Assembly (NCBI GenBank): GCA_964234715.1
Contig: OZ174277.1
DNA: 64,000 bases
From: Podarcis melisellensis
Taxonomy: Eukaryota
Strand: one strand, 5' to 3'
The translations under genes and the position numbers were made by a program. The first letter of the stretch is position 1, and each line of letters begins with the position of its first letter. This document shows, in pieces, positions 50,986-63,110 of the stretch. The notes under the pieces were generated by a model. That model searched no databases, was not told where the DNA came from, and saw only the letters and a program-made list of their open reading frames with translations.

Positions 50986-51228
50986 CAGTGGTACCTCTGG
51001 TTACGAACGATTCTGGTTACGAACGCTTCAGGTTACGAGCTCCACTAACCTGGAAGTAGATGCTCCTGGCTGCGAACTTTGCTCCCGGTTGTGAACTTTG
51101 CCCTAGCATGCAAACGGAAATCATGCGCTGAAGGCCCCATTAGCAAAAGCGCACCTCAGGATAAGAATGGTTTCAGCTTAAGAAAGGACCTCTGGAATGA
51201 ATGAAGTTCGTAACCAGAGGTACCACTG
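50986..51228 (+). mobile_element. Tigger/pogo-like MITE
   Basis: cagtggtacctctggttacgaac / gttcgtaaccagaggtaccactg with TA TSD. Confidence 0.9.
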
Positions 51229-51284
51229 TAACACGAAGAGGACAGATATGACTTCTCAGTTATGTAATAAAAGAGCAAGGTATG

Positions 51285-51435
51285 GACTTCCTTTGGAAGG
51301 TCTCTCCTTCATTGGAGGTTTCAAAGCAGAGGTGTAATGGGCATCTGTCAGAGATGCTTTAGCTGTGATTCCTGGATTGCAGGGGGTGGGACGAGGTAAC
51401 CCTTGGGATCCCTTCCAATTCTCTAATTCTGTGAT
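51285..51435 (+). mobile_element. CR1 3' terminus
   Basis: tctccttcattggaggttt...cccttccaattctctaattctgtga, the CR1 octamer-type tail. Confidence 0.75.
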
Positions 51436-52117
51436 AACAAATGGCTGATATTATTCCTATATTATATATGTGTTCATTTTCGAAAATTCTCCTCCTGTCT
51501 GACTAAAGATCCACTGGTATAAAGTGCTCAGATCTTCACTCTGCAGCCTAGATATCTCAAAATGCTGGCTGTGTGTTTAGGTTGCCCTGCTCTCTCTGTT
51601 TCTCTGTTGGAGAATCTCTGAGCTGAGATTCTGAGGATTCTAAAGAGAGTAATGGCTGGATAGTACATGCAAATCAAAACTCTCCCTTGGGTCTCTTACA
51701 ATATGGAAAAAAGCACAATATATCTACTACTCACAAAACTACGCTTTCAAAATTTCCAGTTATTGACAGCTGAAAGATATGTTTGAACATGCTAATCCAT
51801 GGGTTTTTAAGACTTTAATCCTCCAAAGTCACTCCAGTGACTACTTACGCATAGCTGAGCATGAAAGCTGCACAAAATAAATGCCGCATAAAGTCTGCCT
51901 GCCAAGAGATTTCATTTTAGACAGTTAGTTTTTTAGCCCCCCTCAGGCGCTGTGAATAAAAGGAATACAAATTGGTTCTATTAAGACATCTGGGCCTGTT
52001 CTTTGGTTCTCTGGGCATGAAACAATTACTATAAACAGGGCTGTAGATGCCGTGAGTTCTCACAAGTAATGATAAAGCGCCACCTGTTTTAAGCTCCCTG
52101 AGAATTTCAGTTTTGAA

Positions 52118-52196
52118 CTGTAATCCTATGCATGCCTGCTCAGAGATAAGTCTAACTAGGTTTACTGCCACATAAGTGTGTACAGGATTGCAGCCT
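52118..52196. repeat. Short palindromic interspersed repeat (MITE-like); similar copies at ~32603-32690, 34638-34722 and 38075-38150
   Basis: ctgtaatcctatgcat...gtacaggattgcag inverted ends, recurring in the window. Confidence 0.55.
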
Positions 52197-52467
52197 TCAT
52201 TTATTTTTTGCACGAAATGCAAGTTCCTAGTCCTTAGGAGTGTGGTGTTGTTATGCTCACAATTGTGTGAGCAAAGCCTGGCAAAATTTCAGCAGCCAGA
52301 AAGACTGCTGAGAAAGATTTTAAGCGGCAGTAATGAGTGGCAGTAATAAAGTGAACTAATCAAAATTAAGGGAATTGTGCTACTGTTGCATGCTGGTCTC
52401 CATTTTGTCTCCCATACTTCCATGTTGTCTTTTTGTCTCCATTGTGTTGCCTAGCTGGGAAAGGTTG

Positions 52468-52958
52468 NNNNNNNNNNNNNNNNNNNNNNNNNNNNNNNNN
52501 NNNNNNNNNNNNNNNNNNNNNNNNNNNNNNNNNNNNNNNNNNNNNNNNNNNNNNNNNNNNNNNNNNNNNNNNNNNNNNNNNNNNNNNNNNNNNNNNNNNN
52601 NNNNNNNNNNNNNNNNNNNNNNNNNNNNNNNNNNNNNNNNNNNNNNNNNNNNNNNNNNNNNNNNNNNNNNNNNNNNNNNNNNNNNNNNNNNNNNNNNNNN
52701 NNNNNNNNNNNNNNNNNNNNNNNNNNNNNNNNNNNNNNNNNNNNNNNNNNNNNNNNNNNNNNNNNNNNNNNNNNNNNNNNNNNNNNNNNNNNNNNNNNNN
52801 NNNNNNNNNNNNNNNNNNNNNNNNNNNNNNNNNNNNNNNNNNNNNNNNNNNNNNNNNNNNNNNNNNNNNNNNNNNNNNNNNNNNNNNNNNNNNNNNNNNN
52901 NNNNNNNNNNNNNNNNNNNNNNNNNNNNNNNNNNNNNNNNNNNNNNNNNNNNNNNNNN
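52468..52958. other. Assembly gap
   Basis: 491 N. Confidence 1.
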
Positions 52959-53839
52959 CTGTGTGCACGAAGAAAATAAGTAAGCCTGAGAGAAGGCTAG
53001 GCTGAATTCTTCTTGACATGCTAGATTTCTACATGCAAAGGATCTTTTGCAGGGGGGGAGATGCATCCATATATTCCAGCCCTTATCTGCAGTCTGAACT
53101 GGTGTAGTTCAGGAAAGGCTTTATCACCGATTTCTACTTTACGAAAAAACTGGGACACAAAAGCCATAATGGATATCCCTTTTATATTAGAAGCCACCTT
53201 TCTACGTTCATATGTTTAAAACTGTGTCCTGAAGCAATAACTGAAATATGAAGCCACTCGATCTGTTTCATCTGCACAGATGTGAAGCATTAACCACAAG
53301 AATGTGTCTTCACAGGAGCTTCACCATTTTGGGGCAGAATGCTGAAGTGTGAGAACTTGTGATTCAGCACATTATAGGCCAGGTGTGCTGTAATGAAGGA
53401 TACAGCCAGTTCTTTGGGTGGCTTTTAAAATGTTGTATTATTTCCCTTGCCAAAATTTAGTGCACCATTATTTGGAATCATGCTTTAAGCTGCTGTAGTA
53501 GTCCCTTGAGCAAAATGTTAAATGTTCCTTGAGCAAAATATTACATGTACAGAATGAGCAAAACTTAGTACCACTTACTATTTATCCAACACATTTGAGA
53601 TGTTCAAAATAAATACGACAAAGGATAATTAGGGCTGTAACAGATGAGGGAGATACCCTCACTTAAATTTAAAGCAGCTTTGACTAGAGCTTGAGTATTG
53701 AACATGTCAGCGATGTTTATGAGGGCTGAATACCAGCTATGTCTGGAAAATTCCGGATGTATGGGAACCCCACTGAAGTGCCACTACTCTCATCAAAACC
53801 AAAGCTCCTTATGGCTGTTTAAAATGCCACTACCGATCC

Positions 53840-54662
53840 TCAGGAGGGGGTGGAGTTGCGGGTTCACGACCCCTCCCACACTCCCGCGGGGCTGAGGTCA
53901 GCCTCGCGGGATTACAGGGTTTCCCCAGTCACCCCCCACGTTCCGGCGAGGCTGAGGTCAGCCTCGCGGGATTCAGGGATTCCCCAGTCACACCCCCGCG
54001 CGCCAGCCAATCGGCTGGCGGCAGGGGCGGGCCTCCTAGAGGCCTCATAAGGTCAGGGGCAGCCACCGGCTCGCCCCTTTTCTCCCTGGCAGCGAGCGCG
54101 ATTTCCCACCCACCCACCCTTTAGGTTCTGCCATCGACCTTGCTATGGGCTTCGGCCGGTTGCCGTTTGGGGCCAGGTAGGAATTTTTCCCATTTGGCTA
54201 ATTGGCTGGTTCGTGAGCCACTTGGTTTTTCGCCTACCTCGTAGCAAATTCGTCACAACTTGCCCGGTTTTAGCGGTAGGCATTGGCCGGGGTATTGTCA
54301 TGCAAATGAGGTCGGGGGGGAGGAGCGCCATCACCTCCCCCAATGATTGAAGGGTAGTTCGTTAAAGGACTCCGAGGGGCGACGCCTCGTCCGAAACCTA
54401 CGGAGGCTAGGGCCTAAAGCGCGCCCCCGAGCGGTAACCCCTCGGGGAGCGCCTAGGGATACGCATCTCAGGTAGCTCCCCCTGTTGGTGTTTAACCCTT
54501 CCCGGTTAGACCGGATAGTCGGTTAGGGGCCAATGCCTAAAGCCAATACCTCTCTTACCTGTAATCAATAAAGTTGTGGCCATTTTCGCCCATTAACTTA
54601 AATTCTTGTGTCCTGTGTCTTTATTCTTTACACCTGTGGGGGGGAGGGAATAGCCACGCAAC
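53840..54662 (+). mobile_element. GC/CpG-rich LTR-like solo repeat, possibly a DIRS/Ngaro terminal-repeat unit
   Basis: 60-bp tandem repeat, CCAAT at 54007, GC box at 54024, AATAAA at 54567. No TG..CA ends or TSD found. A diverged relative lies at ~60490-61165. Family assignment is tentative. Confidence 0.5.
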
Positions 54663-57600
54663 ATACTCAAACCTCAAGAAATCCAGTCTTGTTTTTCTGC
54701 CCCATTAGGCATGAAAATAGGCTGAGGTGAAATTTGAGCTCAGCCTCTTATGCACTGCTGTATCTTTCACCTCACAGCCCCAAGTTTCACGCGGTGGCAA
54801 CTTCAGCCACCCATGTTTGGTTATCCTGTCTCTAGACATAGGCAATTATGCGATGGTAGTGCAAAATGTAAGCATCACTTCCAGTTAGCTTCATTTACTG
54901 TTCCTACTTTCTGGCAGAGAAACTGAGGAGGAAGTAATGAGAAAGCAGGCTGAGGCATACTCAACATAGCTCAAGAAGGTCTATTTTTATAGTGACATTC
55001 CCGCTTCCTGTCTTAAGTGAGAAGCAGACAGAAGCATAACAATAGTTGTGCACATTTCCGATGTTTTTTTTTAAAAAAAAATCTCACAAGACAGTCGATA
55101 TAAAATTTGATCTTGTCAGATCAGTTTTTGCTGCTCTGCTTGGTACAGCTCTATGACAATTCAGTGGACACTTACATTTTCAACACAAGGTTTTTTTTTT
55201 GCTTTTTGTTTTAATCTTTTCTCTGTTCCCCCTTCTGCATACAGAAAAAGCCAGGACTCAAGGTGACGGTATGCTTGTAGGTGAAGGCAAAGGCTGATAA
55301 CGTGGATGAGATGTAAAGTCTACATTGCAGAGCACAGAAGACAATTGTGAGAGTCATATTGTGAGCTCATATGCAGGAACATCTGCATTTAAGCAATGGG
55401 TGTGCATGTATGAGCCTACCTGAGGCGATTCGGCTTGAGAAGGAACTTAGTCCTCTCTTTTTCCATTGCTCTTGGAAGGTCATAAGATCATCGGGTGATA
55501 TCCAATGCTGGTACGATATTTGAAACCAATGTATTTACCTAACTCAGATAGATTTAATGGGTCTACCCTGGGTTTGGCCTAGTTGGATATTACCCATAGA
55601 GCTAAGAAGGGATGTCAAAGGTTATGCAGTCCAAATCCTTGCCAACACAGGGAAATCATTCTTATGGCATCCCTGTTAAGTGGCCACCTGGTTTCTGCTT
55701 AAAATACCTCAAAGGTAGTCTAGCACCTTTTAGGCAAGCCTTTTCCATACTTGGACATTTCGTAAGGTGGTATTCAATGCTAGTCCTTCTCAGAGTAGAC
55801 CTATTGAATTTAATATATATGACTAATGTTATTAATTTAAGTGGGTCAACACTGAAAAGGCTTTAGTTGAATACAGCCCATTGTTTCTTAAGACATTCTT
55901 CCTAAAGTTTGACCTAAATCTGGTTTCATATACATTCCATTAAAATGTATATTAAATGGATGGTTTACCTGCTTTTAATGAACTGCACAGTTCAAAAGAA
56001 GAGCAGCTGAAATCTTCAGTGTTTTTTTCTGAGTATGGAATACTTGTGAATCGCAGATGGCATTTGTGTGTCAATGTCTTTCCTGTTTAATGGCTTTCCT
56101 TTTCTTGCTAAAATTAAGACCATCCTATGTCGCACCTGAAAGTATTTATAAACTTTAGGAAGTAAAGTTCCCACAGGAAGGAGCAAGATGTGACAGGTTT
56201 TCCCTGCAGCAAACGTCACAGCTGCCATATCTACAATTGCTCACCAAATACAGTTCACATGATTCTCATGGGCTCATTGTGTTCATAACAATAGATGCTG
56301 CCACTTATGGGAAACAGATCTGCAGGGGATTCTCAGCCTGTGGCCCAAACCAGGATATCCACTACATGCATCCTATGTGTATGCATTTGTGTGGGGGAGG
56401 GGAATGGTACCCACGCTACACAAAACAACAACAAAAAAAACCAACCCAACCCCAAGGAATAGATCATTTTTTGTCAGTGGCCATAACAGTCATGTGCCAA
56501 GTTATTATGATTAGAAGGACATACACACACTCAGGAAGTTGGTGTTACAATGGGAGGAAACTGAAGTGTTGTTCATAGCAATTGTTATAATTTTGAATGA
56601 GCTGCTATTTTATGTAGTTACAATGTTCTTTTATTTTCTGAGAAAATTACATACATAAAAGCACAGGTTCCTTCCTTTTTATCCCCATCCTTGTAAATCA
56701 TTTCCGAATTTCAGGAAAAGCTGTGCACACAGTACAGTTCGTGGGCAAGATTCCAAACACAAGAAATCCACATGCAGAGGTCTTGCATGTGCATGGTTAG
56801 GAAATGGAATATTCTAAGTGTGAAGCAGGGCATGGGATTCCATAAAGAGATGCATCTGGTTTCAAAAGCTGGAGCAGTAATAACATCAATGCATTTAAAT
56901 TTTGATTACTGATATATGTTGCATAATAAAATGAAATATTTTAAGGTGTCCAGCATTACCTGAAGATAGTATTAATTGACACAAGCTACAAATGCCTAGC
57001 TTTGGCTTGACTGTGACCATCTTTTAAAATATATATCCATGATTTTGCTTGATTGCTTTGGAGCCAAGGGAAGAAATATGAAAACTGTGTGGGGAAAACA
57101 CACACACAACTATCCCGTTAAATAGTTGTACGAAGTGTAAGTGAAAGTCCTATAAAAAGAATTTTAGTGAAGGAAAACACAGCTCTCCCTGTCTGGATGA
57201 ACTAATGAGGTGTGTCTGTTCTTCAAGTTCTCCATTCTCCATTGTCACTGAAACTGAAAGGTTGCTGGTGTGAAATCCAGTGGGAATGGTTTAAATCCAT
57301 TTGTGGAGGATAAGCCCCCAATTGTTCTGAGGAATCCAAGCTTTTCTTCAAAAACATACACACTCAAATTCTGGGCACAGACTCATGCTGTACAAAAAGT
57401 GCTTTAAGACTGGAGAGGAAAGACAAATGGGACACAAAACAATAATTTTAAAAATTCTGAAGATTTTGATTTTCTTTTCCTTGCAGATGAATTAGGTCAC
57501 TGTTTTCACTTCTTAACATATCAGGGTAGAAGTCCATACAGGTGAAATCATATTTTCACTAAAAAGACACACATCCCTGCTGCAAAGCAACACAAGTTTT

Positions 57601-57989
57601 AAGTGTCAGCATGCCTTTTACAATCTAGATATCAGTTCGACAAAGAAACCTGTGGATATTTGAGTGGTAGAGATGCCACAGTAGAAAAGTGGAAGAACCA
57701 TGTTAAAAAAAAGAAAAGGACCTGGTTATTTGATAATCTCCCCTTAGAATCAGTATTTCAAAGTTGTCATCCCCTCCCTAATGTCAGTTTTTTAAAAATG
57801 GGAATAGCTTAAACTGACTTGAAGGTACAAGAAAGTGCATTAGGCAGCATATCTTAATGGTAAATAAATAGCTACTCATTAGTCAACTGAAGCTGATTAC
57901 TGTTATTTATAAAAATTAGTAAAGATTGTTTTAATGGGCAGCCAGGAATGAAATAAGCTGTCATTATTTATTACAGCCTAGATTCTTCG

Positions 57990-58205
57990 GTTACAGATAG
58001 GTAGCCGTGTTGGTCTGCCATAGTCAAAACAAAAAAAATTCCTTCCAGTAGCACCTTAAAGACCAACTAAGTTAGTTCTTGGTATGAGCTTTCGTGTGCA
58101 TAGTTAGTTCTTGGTATGAGCTTTCGTGTGCATGCACACGAAAGCTCATACCAAGAACTAACTTAGTTGGTCTTTAAGGTGCTACTGGAAGGAATTTTTT
58201 TTGTT
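57990..58205. mobile_element. Penelope-like element: fold-back terminal-repeat fragment
   Basis: gttacagataggtagccgtgttggtc start, ~75-bp inverted arms, and a 12-bp TSD TAGATTCTTCGG at 57979-57990 and 58206-58217. Confidence 0.8.
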
Positions 58206-58329
58206 TAGATTCTTCGGGTTTGGGATAGCTGTTACTTCTAAGAACTAAACACTATGTCCGATTTTAATTTTGTTCTAATAAAAATGCACAGTTCTTTTCC
58301 TGTAAGGTAATTGCATGAAATTCACTTCA

Positions 58330-58331
<2 letters not shown>

Positions 58332-58424
<93 letters not shown>
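58332..58424. repeat. (TC)n(AC)n microsatellite
   Basis: Seen directly in the sequence. Confidence 0.95.
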
Positions 58425-59826
58425 GTCCAACATCAATAGCAGAGGACAAAGCAACCCAGGATCACATTAAGAGGACTATAGAGTGTTTTATGAGCACTTT
58501 ATTTAGAGTAGTAAAGAAAACGGTTGGATTTCTATAAAACACAAGCAGGGCGGAAGTGTTTGAGACATGTTATAGAGTAGACAATGTGGTAAATTTTATT
58601 GTCACAGATGTTCCAGGATGAGCATGAAATGTTTCAGTGATGCTTTGAGGGGGTAACCATGAAACCATACTACATTTAAGGCAGTGCAGGAGTTTGAAGC
58701 TCTCTTATTAAATGACAAGTGTAAAACCAGACAGCACTAAGATATCTCTGTCTCTTTATCTTAGAAATACTAATATGAACCAGGATCTAGTCTGGCCAGA
58801 TCCACACCACTTTATCCTAGACAGCAGAGGCTCTTGACCAGGACTTAGCAAGGACTCACCTAGAACAACAGTGAACGGTATCAATGATGCCTGTGACAAA
58901 AGAGAGACAATAGTCTATCTATCTATTACTTCACGAGATTCTGGATGCTTTCTTAATTTGGAATACTTCTCATTTCAAACAAACAAACAAAGCTAGCAAG
59001 CTATTTTATATAAAAAGAAAAAGGCAACTTCGAAGTCCCTATGCTTTTTGACTGAATATGCATAATAGGATTGTGCTGTTCAAGTCTAAATGATAATTAG
59101 TTCCAACTGAAATCAGGGAACTATTATGGGTACAAGTGTTTTTAGTGAAGCCCCCTTCCTTTCCCATTTTTGCTTTGTATTATTTAATTCTTCTTGCCCT
59201 TCTCTTGTGTCTGTCTGGCAGGCATCCTCAAAAATAAACCTTGTCGAGTCCGCCTCCCAAGAAAATGTGGGTAGGGTTGAATCCTTTGAATGACGCTTGT
59301 GCATCATCAGCCATCAGAAAGAAATTAGGCTTCATTAAATTCAAGCATTTAAGCGCTCTCTGGCTGTTACAGCAAAATGTCAGTAAAATGAATGCCAGCT
59401 AATAAATCAGTGCAGATGTCTGGAATGAGATGTCCTGTGCCACATCACACAATTTTAAAAAACAGATTCCCCCCCCCCCAACATGCTGAGCAACAGCACT
59501 TAAAAAGATGCTTCGGCTTGAAAGTGTCCGGCAAGTTACAGCTCCCTTTCCCCTTGAAATACTTTCCCTTTAATACTGTTGTAAGAAGGGTGAGCTGACC
59601 TCTAGCTGCCCTGCACAGATTAAAAGGTTGCCTGATTAGAACTTACCAACAGGTTGAAAACAACTCAGTGTGGCATGAACTTTCATAACATCCAATTAAA
59701 AACCTACAATTTCACAGGCATGGCTTTTTCCGGCAAACATCAAACCTAGGAATTTCATGTCCAATTCACTAAATTTTGGCTGCCAGCATCACTGAAAAAC
59801 CTGAAGTCCTGCTGCTATTATATGAG

Positions 59827-60228
59827 CTTATTACGGCTCCATCACTTCCATTTATCTGATATTGCTCAACAAATTACCACTTTTTACTGATCTTGTGACC
59901 AGGGGTAGAGAAGGCTGCATTAAAAAGTTCTGTGAAAGCTGCTGAGCTTCCCTGTTCTCTGTATCCAGCAACCAGTAATAGTGTCCATGCTAAAGATTGC
60001 TGTGATGTGCTCCTTACCAGAGCTATGACGAGCGCGATGACTGCTGGACAGTCCACCAACTAATACGCTCCATGATAAACGCCATATACAAGGGTTGGTT
60101 TTACTCTCTGCATTTTTCCTGAAACTGTTGAGCAGTGAAAATCGTGTCCACTGTCCCCCTAGAAGGCCGAAGAAGTGGTAATTTGTTGAGCAATATCAGA
60201 TAAATGGAAGTGATGGAGCTGTAATAAG
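59827..60228. repeat. 56-bp inverted repeat pair (59827-59882 and 60173-60228, one mismatch)
   Basis: Direct reverse-complement comparison of the two arms. Confidence 0.93.
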
Positions 60229-60418
60229 GAGAAACGTGCTAAGAGGAAGGCACGCTTGGCAAATCCACACCGTGATCAACTCCCACCCGGGAACCAATGT
60301 CCCCACTGTGGAAGGACATGTGGGTCCAGAATTGGCCTCCACAGTCACTTATAGACTCATGGTTAAAACCGTGTTGATGGAAGACAATCTTACTCGGCTA
60401 TGAGTGGTCGCCAAAGAA
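60229..60418 (+). mobile_element. RTE-clade LINE 3' end
   Basis: Translates EKRAKRKARLANPHRDQLPPGNQCPHCGRTCGSRIGLHSHL*TH, the C2H2-like RTE C-terminus, followed by a short UTR. Confidence 0.8.
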
Positions 60419-60489
60419 TGACCGCTCCCCACATCAAATGGGGGGCGTACTTTGCGCAGATGCGCACAGCACTCCTGATCCTACACTGC

Positions 60490-61165
60490 TCCTAACAGTA
60501 TTGCCTGGTATTGTTCCCCCTCCCCCGGCTAGATACCTGGAGGTTCCTGCCCAACCTCAGACAGTCAACCAATCCGGGTGGGGGAGGTGTGGCCAGGGGA
60601 GTTGGCCAGGTAGGGGGTGGGACTTACCTGGGGGATCACAGTCAGCTCCAGAGCTTCTCCCATCCCACCCTCCCTCAGTTAAGCTTTCTTTTGCAGGTTA
60701 ACTTCTTATTCGCAGGTATACTGGCGCTGCTACGTATTGGTTGCTGTTAAAGGGCCAGAAAGGAATTTTCCTGAATTGGCAGGTTTTGCCTTCCCTGTAG
60801 CAAAATGTCACAACTTTGGTGGTTTCAGGCCTTCGGTGGAATTCTTTAGTCTTTCTTCCCTAAAATGGGGGGGGGCATGAAGCGGTGACCCATGTCACCC
60901 CTGTGGCGGCAATCCCAGGGTTCCCCGTTAAAGGGGTTGTTCTGAGGGGAGTCATTGGCCATACGCTGAGAGGCTGTCATTGGTCTCCAATCCCCGCTCG
61001 ATCTGGATAACCCTGATGTTCCCCAGATCCCCGGCTGGGGACTGGGAGGGATGTGGCCAATTTTAAGTTGTGGCCAATTTTAATCCCATAGCACAGTATT
61101 GTGTGTCTTTATTCCACACGGGAGCCAGCCTTAGGTTGGGGTGGGGGGTCTCTGCCTGCCTGCGC
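60490..61165 (+). mobile_element. Older copy of the LTR-like (DIRS/Ngaro?) repeat
   Basis: Shares the ordered blocks ccaat, ggaatttt, gtagcaaa..gtcacaact, cgttaaagg, aagttgtggcca, tgtgtctttatt and cgcaa with 53840-54662. Confidence 0.5.
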
Positions 61166-62080
61166 AATAGTGAGCACACTTCAAGTGTTCAGAAATGTTT
61201 CACATAATTTTCTTGGTGATGGTTACATCAGGCAAGCTAGTATTACTATGGGATCACCCATCAGTCCATTTCTGGTCCATTTCTATTAAAGTCAGCCCAG
61301 TAAAAGCCCAGCTGCACTTGACCCACGAGAATTTTACCGCCCTCCCCTTGATAATGCATCTCCTTTTCTTATTAATTTATGGCGAATGGTTGAGAGAAGA
61401 TGTGGCGTACATTTTGGCCAGAAACTAGTTTCAGCTTTCCCTCCACACTGCTTGAATTGCTGCAGAAACAAAACAAGACAAACAAAACAAACAAAAAACC
61501 CAGTTTGACAAGAAACCAAGTCAGAAAAAACCCCCATGTAGTCTTGAGGACTGCGTTACCACTTCCACATCTGCGCCCGTATACTGCTGGGCCATGTTGG
61601 TCTCCAAAATTAAGCTCTAGTTATATCACCTGTACCAAAAAAGGTCAAAACAATATCCCATTAGTGTGTTTGTGCAAATTATCATCACCACCAGCAGCCC
61701 ATTACTTGTTTCAGTGCATCGTAGAGCACATTGAAAGGCTTAGCCGTGCCTGCAAAAACTTCCTGTTTACACGCGGGCATCCTCTTGACCAGAGCACGCT
61801 GTGCTTCTTACATCCCCAAGGCCATACATAGATCCATTGACTTCCTGTGTGGGATTCTGTTTTGCTTTCCTGTCACTACAGCGCGTTTGTCCTGTGAACT
61901 GCTGGGAGAATTTTCTCACAGGATTGTTAACAATTTGCCATCCCTCCCCCTTTTTTTGTAATGTATCTTGGACATGAAAGTATCCCAAGCATTAAACCTT
62001 GTTACTTTGCAAGCAAACACTATAGACAATAACCTCTTCCCTTTGAATGCCTCTGTTCTGTCAACTATGTGTTAGTACTT

Positions 62081-62373
62081 GTTGTTGTTTAGTCGTTTAG
62101 TCGTGTCCGACTCTTTGTGACCCCCATGGACCAGAGCACGCCAGGCACTCCTGTCTTCCACTGCCTTCCACAGTTTGGTCAGACTCATGCTGTAGCTTCG
62201 AGAACACTGTCTAACCATCTCATCCTCTGTCGTCCCCTTCTTCTTGTGCCCTCCATCTTTCCCAACATCAGGGTCTTTTCCAGGGAGTCTTCTCTTCTCA
62301 TGAGGTAGCCAAAGTATTGGAGCCTCAGCTTCAGGATCCGTCCTTCCAGTGAGCACTCAGGGTTTGTTCTTCA
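62081..62373 (-). mobile_element. BovB 3' fragment
   Basis: Reverse complement of the other BovB copies; TSD TGTTAGTACTT at 62070-62080 and 62374-62384. Confidence 0.9.
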
Positions 62374-62661
62374 TGTTAGTACTTAAGCACAAACAATTCT
62401 CACTACGCATCATGACTCCATCGCCCAAACCTCCCCCTAGCATTCTTAAGGCTGATTTTGGAACAGGACATACAGGTTCATTGGCCTTTTACCTATTCAG
62501 CAAATCTTTGAAGAAAACCTGGTTTCTGTCCACCCCTACCATCAATTAGCAGCAACAGTGGCTGACTTGCTGGTATGGAGCCAGGAGAAATGGTTACTCC
62601 TGTTCCACACTCTTTTCCAGCTGACACCAAGGAAAAGTGGAAGTTTTCCACAATGGAAAAG

Positions 62662-63110
62662 ATAACAATAACAATAATAAATTATTTATGCACCGCTCAT
62701 CTGGCTGGGTTTCCCCAGCCACTCTGGGCGGCTTTCAACAAAGCATTAAAAACAGAATAAAACTTTAAACATTAAAATCTCCTCTAAACAGGGCTGCCTT
62801 CAGATGTCTTCTAAAATTCAGATAGTTGTTTATCTCTTTGATGGGAGAGCATTCCACAGAGCAGACGCCACTACCAAGAAGACCCTCTGCATGCTTCTCT
62901 GTAACTTCACTTCTTGCAGTGAGGAAACCACCAGAAGGCCCTCAGCACTGGTCCTCAGTGTCTGGACTGAACAATAGGGGTGGAGACGCTCCTTCAGGTA
63001 TACTGGGCCAAGGCCATTTAGGGCTTTAAAGGTCAGCACCAACACTTTGAATTGTGCTCAGCAATGTACTGGGAGCCAATGTAGGTCTTTCAGGACTGGT
63101 GTTATGTGGT
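62662..63110 (-). mobile_element. L2-clade LINE 3' fragment
   Basis: LVLTFKALNGLGPVYLKERL...LWNALP (L2 ORF2 C-terminus) plus UTR and tail. Confidence 0.85.

Noticed and set aside
52366-53066. Long ORFs spanning N runs (also 6791-7009 and 44396-44677)
   Set aside because: Artefacts of assembly gaps.
54350-54410. GGAC..GTCC-GAAAC resembling a hammerhead half
   Set aside because: No CUGANGA box upstream of the stem, and no known ribozyme consensus could be completed.
58070-58133. 32-nt direct repeat as a CRISPR-like array
   Set aside because: Only two adjacent copies, no spacer, and inside a eukaryotic Penelope fragment.
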